DNA of 60,337 nucleotides, counting the filler. It is 7 parts of 7 records of this genome, joined end to end, with 100 filler letters (N's around TTAATTAATTAA, not from the genome) between each part and the next. Parts side by side here need not be neighbours in the genome. Positions count along the whole stretch, not along the records: positions 20,757 to 29,871 come from SRR31147125_11335; positions 29,972 to 36,667 come from SRR31147125_11340; 5 more parts are not named here. One strand, given 5' to 3'. The notes under the pieces were generated by a model. The model saw only the letters and a list, made by a program, of their open reading frames with translations. It searched no databases and had not been told where the DNA came from. The translations under genes were made by a program, and so were the position numbers. Below are positions 20,757-32,798 of the stretch, in pieces (within the stretch, counting starts at the first letter, position 1; every line of letters begins with the position of its first letter).

Positions 20757-21048
20757 GGGGAATATGGATAAGTTAGTGTTTCAAGATTAACAGTTAGGTA
20801 TTTAAGGGGGTAGATTTTAAGTACCCGGACCAAAACTCTTTCCGGTTTAAACTGTTGCTTTGAGGTCAGATTTCAAATCTGTCCCCGTTTTTTCACGGGA
20901 AGATATTTGTTTTTTGTTACTTAAATCTGTCTTCTACGAACAGAAGATTTTTTTGAAAATGAAGTAACCCTTCAGCCTTTCCCGATCCCCGACTTACTCT
21001 ATAAGCTTGGGGTTTGGAAAGGCTTTTTGAAATATGAAAGGAAACATT

Positions 21049-21305
21049 ATGGCAGGATATGATCCGGAAAAGGATAAAACACTCAACGAATGGAAATGTG
21101 AAGAGACCGGATTGATGATCTCCATTCATCAGTATGCAGAAGGGGAGCCTAAACTTCAAATCGGTCCCAGAATTTTGAAGAAAAAGATGGAACCGATCGG
21201 GCGCCCAGCAAAGCGGGACGACTCAGCATCGAAGACGTGATGTGGCTCTATGATATCATCGATGAGGTGAAAGATGAGCTTTCCGACCTGGTCGGACCTG
21301 AATGA
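21049..21305 (+). CDS. Small hypothetical protein, ~85 aa (frameshift in A run ~21185)
   Basis: Restored reading MAGYDPEKDK...EPKLQIGPRILKKKDGTDRAPSKAGRLSIEDVMWLYDIIDEVKDEL. Confidence 0.6.
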
Positions 21306-22020
21306 TCCCTCTTTAGTTCCGCCCCTTGGCGCCAGAATCGCACCTGACATCGGCCCGGATGCCGTCATGGTCTGCACAGAGCCCGATGTCAGGTTTGTTG
21401 AGTCCGCCTTTTCTAAAAAAGGGGCACCGGTACCATTTTTTTTGGGACGTCTTTTCTCTTTGGAAAACGGCATCACCGTTGCAGGACCATACCTTGGCGC
21501 GCCATGTGCCGTGATGGTGTTGGAGTCGCTTATCGCAAAAGGGGCATCCAGTGTGGTTGTGATTGGATGGTGCGGCGGGCTGACCGATCATCTGAGGGTA
21601 GGGGACATCGTTGTTCCAAATGGTGCCATATCAGATGAGGGAACCTCCAGAAATTATATGGACATGCCTGAAGATACCGACTTTCCAACCACATTCCCTT
21701 CCACATCTCTTTTTCAGAAGTTGACGACATCTTTGGATGGTCGGAACATAGAATATGAGTCCGGAACAATATGGACAACGGATGCCATCTATCGTGAGAC
21801 TCCTTCAAAAGTCGATTTCTTTAGAAATAAAGGGGCTGTTGCCGTTGAGATGGAGTGCTCGGCGCTATTTTCAGTTGCCGCTTATCGACATATTGATCTT
21901 ACTGCCGCTTTGATCGTCTCCGATACGCTTTCTGAAAACGACTGGGAACCGGGATTTAAATCGAAACAATTTAAATCGGCCAGAAAACGCGTCATAAATA
22001 CTGTTGTCATGGCAAAATGA
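21274..22020 (+). CDS. Nucleoside phosphorylase (PNP/UDP family)
   Basis: GAP, GWCGG, DEGTS, WTTDAIYRET, VEME. Confidence 0.9.
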   Translation: MSFPTWSDLNDPSLVPPLGARIAPDIGPDAVMVCTEPDVRFVESAFSKKGAPVPFFLGRLFSLENGITVAGPYLGAPCAVMVLESLIAKGASSVVVIGWCGGLTDHLRVGDIVVPNGAISDEGTSRNYMDMPEDTDFPTTFPSTSLFQKLTTSLDGRNIEYESGTIWTTDAIYRETPSKVDFFRNKGAVAVEMECSALFSVAAYRHIDLTAALIVSDTLSENDWEPGFKSKQFKSARKRVINTVVMAK

Positions 22021-22172
22021 GAGCCCTTTGAAATAGTTTTCATCGTGAAAAAAATGCCAAGGTGTTACCTCTTTTTCCGCACCCATTTTGACCATTTCGA
22101 TCGATCATCAAAGGATTTCTCTTTATCGGACAGATTGATATGGCTGACACAAACCATCTTATGCTTCCATGA

Positions 22173-24391
<2,219 letters not shown>

Positions 24392-24468
24392 GTTGAGATG
24401 GATTTTTACATGGCCGTTATTAAAAAAATCAATACAATATTTTCAAAGGCAATCGATAAAGAGAATTT

Positions 24469-25608
24469 ATGGACATTTTTTTAACGGAAAAACACCAAGT
24501 TATCAGACATACGGTGCGCGCGTTCGCACAAAGTGAAATCATCCCCATTGCCAAGGAGATCGACCAAGAACAGCGGTTTCCGTGGGAAGTGGTGGAAAAA
24601 ATGGGAAAGGCAGGGTATCTGGGCATTCAGGCACCAAAAGAGCTTGGCGGTGCCGGACTCGATACGGTGAGCTATATCATCATTATTGAAGAGATCTCCA
24701 GAGCCTCTGCCTCTCTTGGTCTTTGTGCATCGGTGCATAACAGTGTGGCCCTGTTTCCCATTTTGAAATTCGGAAATAAAGCGCAGCATGAACGATTGGT
24801 ACCGGATCTCGCCACAGGAAAAAAGATCGGGGCCTTTTGCCTTACCGAACCCAATGCCGGGTCGGATGCCTCTTCCATTGAAGCCACTGCCATCAAGGAT
24901 GGTGATCATTATGTGGTCAACGCCAACAAAGTATTTGTCACAAACGGCGGTGTTGCCGAAACCTGTCTTATTTTTGCCCGCACCGATCCGGCAGCCGGTC
25001 CCAGGGGAATCAGTGTGATCGTCGCAGAAAAAGGGACTCCTGGATTTGTCGTTGGAGAGAATGAAAATCTCTCGGGCATGCGTGCCAACCCTGTTTCATC
25101 CATTCGGCTCAGTGAGTGCCGGGTGCCGGAGGAAAATCTGCTGGCTGGGGAAGGGAAGGGGCTTGGGATCGGTCTGGCGGGGCTTGATACAGGGCGTATC
25201 GGTATTGCCGCCCAGGCGGTGGGGATTGCCCAGGCAGCCCTGGATGAGGGAATCCGATATGCAAAAGAGCGTATCCAATTTAAAGTGCCCATAGCCAAGC
25301 ATCAGTCCATCCAGAACATGATTGCCGATATGGGCACCCAAGTAGAGTCGGCCCGTCTCATGGTGTATCGTGCAGCCCTTTTGAAAGACATGGGAAACCC
25401 TTTTTCCAAAGAGGCGGCCATGGCCAAGTTGATGGCCAGTGAAACCGCATCCAATGTCGCGGATATGGCTGTTCAAATTCACGGCGGATACGGTTATTCC
25501 AAATCCTATCCTGTGGAACGGTATTACCGGGATGCCCGGGTGACAAGGATCTACGAAGGAACGAGTGAAGTCCACCGGATGGTCATAGCAAGGAATCTCT
25601 TGTCCTAA
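24469..25608 (+). CDS. Short-chain acyl-CoA dehydrogenase (Bcd-like)
   Basis: FCLTEPNAGSD, GRIGIAAQAVG, QIHGGYGY, IYEGTSE. Confidence 0.95.
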   Translation: MDIFLTEKHQVIRHTVRAFAQSEIIPIAKEIDQEQRFPWEVVEKMGKAGYLGIQAPKELGGAGLDTVSYIIIIEEISRASASLGLCASVHNSVALFPILKFGNKAQHERLVPDLATGKKIGAFCLTEPNAGSDASSIEATAIKDGDHYVVNANKVFVTNGGVAETCLIFARTDPAAGPRGISVIVAEKGTPGFVVGENENLSGMRANPVSSIRLSECRVPEENLLAGEGKGLGIGLAGLDTGRIGIAAQAVGIAQAALDEGIRYAKERIQFKVPIAKHQSIQNMIADMGTQVESARLMVYRAALLKDMGNPFSKEAAMAKLMASETASNVADMAVQIHGGYGYSKSYPVERYYRDARVTRIYEGTSEVHRMVIARNLLS

Positions 25609-25683
25609 ATCGGTTTTCGGTTAAATCATGTAAGGCGTAAAGCTGTTGAAAAAAACAATCCAAAATAAACAGGTAAACATATT

Positions 25684-26520
25684 ATGGCGTTGAATATCGT
25701 CGTCTGTGTCAAATCGGTGATGCTCAATGTATTGCCCGGCAAAAACAGACGTGCATCTGAAAATATGGAATTGAACCCTTTTGATAGGCCGGTTCTGAAG
25801 CTGGCGATCTCTTTGACAAAAAAGCATCATGGAAAAGTAACCGTGCTCAGTATGGGGCCGAAGAATGCCACTTTCGGTCTTCATCAGGCCCTATCCATGG
25901 GAGCGGATAGGGCGATTCTGATCTGCGATCCTGCATTGAAAGAGTCCGACACCTATGTGACGGCAAAGGTATTGGGAACGGCAATCAAGCGGATGGGCCC
26001 GTTTGACCTGGTACTATTTGGGACCCGATCATCCGACAGTGATACCGGCCATGTGGGCCCCCAAACTGCAGAGATGCTCAACCTTCCGTTTATAGGCAAC
26101 GCGCATCAATTGACCTTTGGGGCCATGAAAGAGGAAAAGGGGGATGAACAAACCGGATTATCCGAAAAAAAATCCTTTTCGCTAACCGTAGAGAGAAACA
26201 TGGATAATTATCAGGAGTGTTACGCCCTGAAATCTCCGGCTGTTTTCTCAATAGACTCATTGTCAACGGGTGATGATGCTCTTGAGTTGACGACCCTGTA
26301 CGGTATTGAAGAGGCCTTTGACCAAAAGGGCATTGAGTGGTTGAATAACGATGCATTGGGACTGGCCCCGGAAGAGACCGGACTTTTGGCATCTCCCACC
26401 AAGATCGTCGCATGGCATAAAGAGAAAAAGGGAAAAGCGTGTCAATTTATTGAAGGGGCTCCGGAGCAAAAAGCGGAACAACTCGTTGATAAACTGGTCG
26501 AGTCGGGATTTGTGGGGTGA
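25684..26520 (+). CDS. etfB: Electron transfer flavoprotein beta subunit
   Basis: IVVCVK, NPFD, SMGP, MGADRA, DSDTGHVG. Confidence 0.92.
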   Translation: MALNIVVCVKSVMLNVLPGKNRRASENMELNPFDRPVLKLAISLTKKHHGKVTVLSMGPKNATFGLHQALSMGADRAILICDPALKESDTYVTAKVLGTAIKRMGPFDLVLFGTRSSDSDTGHVGPQTAEMLNLPFIGNAHQLTFGAMKEEKGDEQTGLSEKKSFSLTVERNMDNYQECYALKSPAVFSIDSLSTGDDALELTTLYGIEEAFDQKGIEWLNNDALGLAPEETGLLASPTKIVAWHKEKKGKACQFIEGAPEQKAEQLVDKLVESGFVG

Positions 26521-28465
26521 ATACAATGAAAAACAATAGAAATAATGATATTTGGGTGCTGGGCGATATAAGAAATCAAGCACTATTGGATAACAGCCTC
26601 AATGTTCTTGCCGGTGCCCGGGAGCTTTCGACACTCATTTCCGATGCAGAGCCCCCTCAAACTGTTTTTGTGGTCCTGAATTGTGAGGTAGATGGGGGAC
26701 GACGTTCATCTCACTTTGCTGCAACATCAGAGAGCAACGAAACCGGTCAAGGCGACACTTTAGTAGAGGAAGGATCGCTTGCGGAGTCATCTTCATCTGA
26801 TGCATCTATATCGACGACACTGTCCATCAATAAGGAAGAGGTTGCCGGTCAAGCCATTGCCCATGGCGCAGATCGCGTATTGACGGCGACCGTCAATATA
26901 GAGCAGTCAGACTTGGACCTGAAAGGTCATCATGTCGACCGATCCTGCACATTGTCATCCTGCTTGGAAATTCCAACCATGCCGGGTAGGGCGGCGAAAA
27001 TTTTGGCGGATCTGGTTGAGAGTCGACAACCGGCTATTTTTCTATTTCCGTTAAATCAATTGATGCGCGAAATAGCAGCCCGATCTGCATTTTTATGTCA
27101 TTCCGGTCTGATTGCCGATTGCCTCCAATTCAAATATGAAAATGGGGAAGTCATTGCCATTTGTCCGTCCCATGGGGGGAGATCATGGCGGAGCTTGGGT
27201 TTTCAGATTCATCAAAAACTGGATTTATTACTGTACAGCCCCATGCATTCAAAAAGCAGTTAAAATCAATTGATGGAGAGAAAGATCAAAAAGGGCAGGG
27301 CGGGAAGACGGAGAAAGGCGTTGACATTGGAACTGAAACTGCCGATATTCTTCAATTTTCAGAAATTGCAGAAACGTTTTCGCAACGAATCGAACATATT
27401 CAAATTTCAACGTCGGAAATGAACCGTCCATCAGATGGCATTCAGCTAATTTCTCGACAAAGAAAATCCAATGCGCCTCAAAGTCTCGAAACAGCCGATA
27501 AAGTCGTTGCCGGTGGTGCAGGGCTTGGGAACATTGAGGGCTTTAGACGTCTTAGAAAACTTGCTGCGGCCTTGGGCGCACAAATCGGTGCCACAAGACC
27601 CCCGGTGCTTTGGCATTGGACAGATGAAGAGAGTCTCATTGGGCAGACCGGAAAAATGATTAAACCGGAGCTGTTGATATCCGTGGGAACCTCCGGGGCG
27701 GTTCAGTACACCGCCGGAATCACCCAAGCCAAAACAGTGATTGCCGTCAATCGAGATCCGGCTGCTCCCATTTTTCAATTTGCCGATATCGGTATTGTGG
27801 AGGATGCCGCTACATTTTTACCGCTATTGACGGATAAAGTTCAAAAAGCGGTGATGCGTTCCTTGGCCGATAGTGTGGGAAGTGACGTCGTTAGTGCTGC
27901 TGCCTCTGAAATTTTGGGAGGCGCCGGTCAGGGCGCAGATTTTGGATCCAAGTTGATGCAAATGAGAAATGCGCATCAGCTCACTGTGGATGATCTTGCA
28001 GAAAAAACCAAACGAACACCGGAATTCATTGAGGCCCTGGAAAAAAATCAGACAACGCCTTCAGTGGGCTTCATGATTCAACTGGCTGAAGTGTTTGGGG
28101 TGGATTCCGGGACATTCTTAAATCAAGAAGAACAGGCGGCATTGTCTGAAAACAGAGCCAAAGAGTACACGCGAAGGACAGCCAATTATCATTATCAAAC
28201 CCTGACACCCGGTGCTGAAAATGAACATCTCAGAGTCTTTATGGTGACCATCGAGTCCAACAAAAAACATAAACCGGTGGCGTATCGACATGAGGGAGAA
28301 GAATTTGTTTATGTGATGGACGGCACACTTGAACTCACCCTGGACGGAAAGCCCCATAAATTGATGACCGGTGAGTCCATGAAATTTAATTCTCAGACGC
28401 CGCATCAGCTGAAAAGTGTTGGTATAACGGATACCAAATGTTTGGTTACCTTGTACACCCCTTAA
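26517..28465 (+). CDS. etfA: EtfA fused to C-terminal XRE HTH and cupin (frameshift in G run ~27176)
   Basis: AHGADRV, GLIADC; IGQTGK, GTSGAVQY, NRDPAAPIF; then FGSKL..R...LA.KT...IEALEKN.TTPS and HEGEEFVYV...PH. Confidence 0.88.
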
Positions 28466-28482
28466 AAAGATGAATGCATAAA

Positions 28483-28523
28483 AAATGCGGTCAAAACTAT
28501 TCGGTGTTTAATTGACCGCATTT
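28483..28523. terminator. Hairpin between convergent genes
   Basis: AAATGCGGTCAA / TTGACCGCATTT. Confidence 0.7.
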
Positions 28524-28543
28524 GTGGGCATGTTACATCATCG

Positions 28544-29266
28544 CTATGGGATTGTAATATTTCTTTTTCTTTTAAAAATCAAAGCAATGAAAATTAGACC
28601 TGAGAGAAACATAATTGAACTTGATGGCTCCGGGACCACACAATATCCAAACGTTTTTCCCAAAATCCTTGCATGTTGTAAGGTGGGTTCATATCTGTCT
28701 CTTGGATAGCTGCTGTCTTCGGTATAATACATCAAGTCTGTTTTACTCCAAGCGTGGTCCTCATCACCCACTCTAAAAACCCGCCAATCACCATTATTGA
28801 AAGTTTTATCTCCATTCAAATCATAAAATATTTTACCATCTTTAGTGACAATGGAGGACATATAGTCTTTGCTGAAAATATTAATTCCTAAAGCATGACC
28901 TATTTCATGTTTTAACGTCTCTGCGGCGTCCGTCTCTGTCAACTTGGAATCCAGAGTCCATTTATGGGCATCGTTGTCTATAACGATTTTTGCCTCTGTG
29001 GGACGTCCTTCTCCGGTATTTTTTCCACTCCATGAAAGAATTGATGTCTCTCCCAAGTTTCCAAGGTTATCATCGCAGTAAAAATCGATATTTATTTCCA
29101 TTTTATCATTGCAAGGCAAAAGAATTGCCCACTCTTTAATCGCATCAGCGATAACGCTCTTCTCAAGATCCGTAAACTCTGACTTGTAATCAGGGGTTAT
29201 GGTTAATGTGAATCCATGAACGGAAATAAATAAAAAAAAGATGTTGATGATGATTATTTTATACAT
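28544..29266 (-). CDS. PEP-CTERM-anchored zinc metalloprotease
   Basis: Signal peptide, HEIGHALG, C-terminal VPEPSS + TM + KRKR. Confidence 0.85.
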   Translation of the reverse strand: MYKIIIINIFFLFISVHGFTLTITPDYKSEFTDLEKSVIADAIKEWAILLPCNDKMEINIDFYCDDNLGNLGETSILSWSGKNTGEGRPTEAKIVIDNDAHKWTLDSKLTETDAAETLKHEIGHALGINIFSKDYMSSIVTKDGKIFYDLNGDKTFNNGDWRVFRVGDEDHAWSKTDLMYYTEDSSYPRDRYEPTLQHARILGKTFGYCVVPEPSSSIMFLSGLIFIALIFKRKRNITIP

Positions 29267-29285
29267 AATATGCCTTCCCTGTGAT

Positions 29286-29630
29286 TCATCTTAATTTGAC
29301 CCAATCCGCTTTCCCCGTTTGAGCATCTATGGTAACGATTCCGACACTTGGTCTAACTTTTTCTCCGTCAACACGCTTGAATGTGACCGTCCAATTTTTT
29401 CCTTCCCGCACTACTTTAAGGTCATCAAATATATATTTATCTTTCCACGGTTGTTTGTTCAGAAAATCGATTGCAAGTGTCATTGCTTCTGTTTTATCAG
29501 TAATCGTCATCTTATTTTGAATGTCCATTTTTTCACTTTCCACGGCTATGGAAGCAACTGAAAACAGTAGAGCCACTAAAATCAGAAAGCTACTTAACAG
29601 AGACATAATATATGAAAAGTTGTCATACAT
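29286..29630 (-). CDS. Small secreted protein, PepSY-like
   Basis: Signal peptide; ITDKTEAMTLAIDFL...W.V.F...VTIDAQTGK. Confidence 0.55.
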   Translation of the reverse strand: MYDNFSYIMSLLSSFLILVALLFSVASIAVESEKMDIQNKMTITDKTEAMTLAIDFLNKQPWKDKYIFDDLKVVREGKNWTVTFKRVDGEKVRPSVGIVTIDAQTGKADWVKLR

Positions 29631-29871
29631 TTTTATCCATCATCCATATTATGAGTTTAAAGGTCTTTGGACTGAGGCAAAAAAGTGCTTTATTGGGTTG
29701 CCCTTGACACAATTTTTTCAAGGGCAACTAAATCTCGTTGTGCCCGCCGAGGCATGGGTCTTTACATGAAACGCCCGCCTGTTCAGGCTCTTGGATTTTC
29801 ATCTTTTGTTGTGACTGATGGGTCTGCCAAGGCCGTTATATTAGACTCAATGCCGTTTCCTTAACAAGATA

Positions 29872-29971
29872 NNNNNNNNNNNNNNNNNNNNNNNNNNNNN
29901 NNNNNNNNNNNNNNNTTAATTAATTAANNNNNNNNNNNNNNNNNNNNNNNNNNNNNNNNNNNNNNNNNNNN
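29872..29971. other. Artificial contig linker
   Basis: N44-TTAATTAATTAA-N44. Confidence 0.99.
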
Positions 29972-31086
29972 CCTCATCTTATTTATAAGAATGATAAAAA
30001 CTGGGCAGCTCCTATTGAGGGGATGATTGAGAATACATTTAGTCCAGATAAAAACCCCTCCTTTAAAGATGGGGAAGCTATTCGGTGGGTGCTGCTTAAT
30101 AATGAGGGGTTTGTGTTGGGAGGATTGCAGCTTTTGTTAATTACAGCAAAGCAAAAACATTTGAACAGCCAACTGCCGGTTGTGGCTATTTTGAATGTAT
30201 AGATGATCAGAATGCTGCATCTAAGTTGTTTGATGCTGCTCGTGATTGGATGAAAGAAAGAGGAATGGAGGCCATGGATGGGCCTGTTAACTTTGGGGAG
30301 AATTACATGAACTGGGGCTTACTTGTTGATGGGTTTATGCCACAGGGGTATGGGATGCCTTACAATCCTTCATATTATCAAAAGTTGTTTGAAACTTATG
30401 GGTTTAAACTATACTTTAAGCAGTTTAGCTATCATTTGGATTATTCTGTTCCATTTCCTGAGCGTTTTTGGAAAATTGCAGGCTGGGTGGCGCAAAAGCC
30501 TGGATACCATTTCAAACATTTTGATTATAATAAATCGGAGCAGTTTATTAAAGATTTCTGCTATATATACGATGAAGCATGGCGGTTTCATGAACATTTT
30601 AAACCACTTGATCCGCAGGACTTGAGAGATTTTTTAAAGGATTCAAAAGCCGTTTTAGATCCAGAGATGATTTGGTTTGCATATCATGAAGATGAACCAA
30701 TTGCATTGTTTGTTATGATTCCAGATATCAATCAAATTCTTCAAAAACTAAATGGCAAATTGAATTTTATCAATACAATTAAATTTCTTTATTTGAAGAA
30801 AAGGAAAGCCATTAAGCGCACACGAATTTTAATAATGGGTGTAGTTCCAAAATATCAAAAGTCAGGGATTGAGTCTGCAATTTTTTGGTGTCAGGATAAG
30901 TTGATGAAGAAGAAACCACAATATACCGAAGTGGAACTTAGCTGGGCAGGAGACTTCAATCCTAAAATTCTGGCACTATACGAATCCGTAGGTGGAAAAC
31001 ATGTAAAAACCCATTATACGATGAGGTATCTTTTCGATCGGAATAAGTCATTTGAGAGAGCTCCAATAATTGGAGAAGAAAAATAG
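29972..31086 (+). CDS. GNAT-fold protein, YghO-like (5' partial, frameshift ~30120)
   Basis: [38 protein letters not shown]. Confidence 0.75.
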
Positions 31087-31104
31087 AAATAAAAAATAAA
31101 AAAC

Positions 31105-31135
31105 TTTGGAAATTAGGAAACTGTATATATCTTTG
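31105..31135 (+). promoter_or_regulatory. Bacteroidetes housekeeping promoter (-33/-7) of rpmE2
   Basis: TTTG-N19-TATCTTTG. Confidence 0.75.
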
Positions 31136-31172
31136 CAACCCGATTAAAATAATGTTGAAAAGGAGATCAGCA

Positions 31173-31433
31173 ATGAAAAAAGGAATACATCCAGATAATT
31201 ATCGCTTAGTAGCATTCAAAGACATGTCTAACGGACAAGTTTATTTGACTAAATCTACAGTTAATACAAAAGAAACTGAAACTATTGATGGTGTTGAGTA
31301 TCCATTAATGAAAGTTGAAATCTCAAGCGGCTCACATCCATTTTATACAGGTAAAATGAAACTTGTAGATACTGCCGGACGTGTAGATAAGTTCATGAAT
31401 CGTTACAAGAAACATATGGATAACCGTAAATAA
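31173..31433 (+). CDS. rpmE2: 50S ribosomal protein L31 type B
   Basis: MKKGIHP...SHPFYTG...DTAGRVDKF, no Cys. Confidence 0.95.
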   Translation: MKKGIHPDNYRLVAFKDMSNGQVYLTKSTVNTKETETIDGVEYPLMKVEISSGSHPFYTGKMKLVDTAGRVDKFMNRYKKHMDNRK

Positions 31434-31458
31434 GTAAATTATTTTTTACGATATATTG

Positions 31459-31487
31459 AAAGCTCCGTTTTTACGGAGCTTTTTTTT
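31459..31487 (+). terminator. Rho-independent terminator
   Basis: AAAGCTCCGT-TTTT-ACGGAGCTTTTTTTT. Confidence 0.85.
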
Positions 31488-31513
31488 AGGACTAATTCTT
31501 CTATTTTGTTGTT

Positions 31514-32700
31514 ATGAATATTATCCTTTTTGACGGTAAGAATACAAAAAAACTATGGCCATTAAATTTAACCCGTCCTATTTCTGAATTGCGGGTTGGA
31601 ATTCTTCTGTTGCGTGAGAAATGGTCGAATCGTATCAACGGTAATTTTACATGGCAAACTTGTGATTATTTGCAGAAAAAATATCCTGTTTGTATAGAAG
31701 ATCAGAATGTATTAATAAATGCATCTGTTTGTGCTACTGATGATCTGGCAAAAAGAATTATGCTTTTATCAGAAGGAGAAGGTTTAATTCATAATGATAA
31801 AAAAATTGCATTTCATCTTTCAAGGTCAGCAACTGAAAACTGGTTGAATACGAATGAAATGAATGTTCGATGGATTGAATATGAGTATGAAGTCCATTCA
31901 ATAGAAAATACCTGGGATATTCACGTACAGAATGAAGTTCAATTAGAAAAAGATTTCAAATTACTCACAAAAGGTAGGGAGTCACAATCGATAAGTGCGA
32001 CCAATCAAATTATTGGAAGTGAAAATATTTTTGTTGAAGAAGGTGCAAAAATAGAATGCGCTGTTATTAATGCTGAAGCTGGTTCTGTTTACATAGGAAA
32101 AAATGCAACGGTTCAAGAAGGTTCATTAATTCGTGGTTCATTTGCTTTATGTGAGCATGCGCAAGTGAATATGGGGAGTAAAATTTACGGTGCAACCACC
32201 ATCGGTCCTTTTTCAAAAGTGGGGGAGAAATAGCTCAGTCAGTTATTCTGGGGTATTCAAACAAAGGTCATGATGGTTTTCTTGGGCATTCAGTAATTGG
32301 GGAATGGTGTAATCTGGGAGCCGGATCCAATGTCTCAAATCTTAAGAATACCTATGAAAAAGTAAGAGTATGGTCTTACTCGGATAATCGCTTTACAAAA
32401 ACGGATTTGCAGTTTAGTGGATTGATAATGGGGGATCATTCAAAAGCTGGCATTAGTACCATGTTTAATACAGGTACTGTTGTTGGAGTGGCTTGTAATA
32501 TTTATGGAGCAGGTTTCCCTCGTCAGTTTGTACCTTCATTTGCCGATGGGGGAGTTTCTGGCTATAAGGTTCATCGTTTAAAATCGGTTGCTAATATTGC
32601 TGAAAAAGTAATGTCACGTCGAAATATCGTTTTTTCAGAAACAGAACGTGACATTTTACAGAATATATTTGAACAGACTTCTGTTTATAGAAAATTTTAA
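31514..32700 (+). CDS. GlmU-like putative sugar nucleotidyltransferase with hexapeptide repeats (frameshift ~32225)
   Basis: LWPLNLTRP..ELRVGI, SNKGHDGFLG, GEWCNLGA, GDHSK. Confidence 0.85.
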
Positions 32701-32712
32701 GATTTAAATTCT

Positions 32713-32728
32713 TTGGCATAGCTATTGA
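32713..32728 (+). promoter_or_regulatory. Sigma-54-like promoter upstream of lon
   Basis: TTGGCATAGCTATTGA (GG-N10-GA). Confidence 0.5.
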
Positions 32729-32798
32729 CTAACATAGAAGCTGTTTAAGAAAAATGGGCAAGCAGTCAGTTTGTCACATGTGAAATATAGAATGAATA

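Noticed and set aside
29720-29850. Integron attC, 6S RNA or riboswitch call
   Set aside because: No convincing R''/R' pairing or family-defining motifs visible by eye
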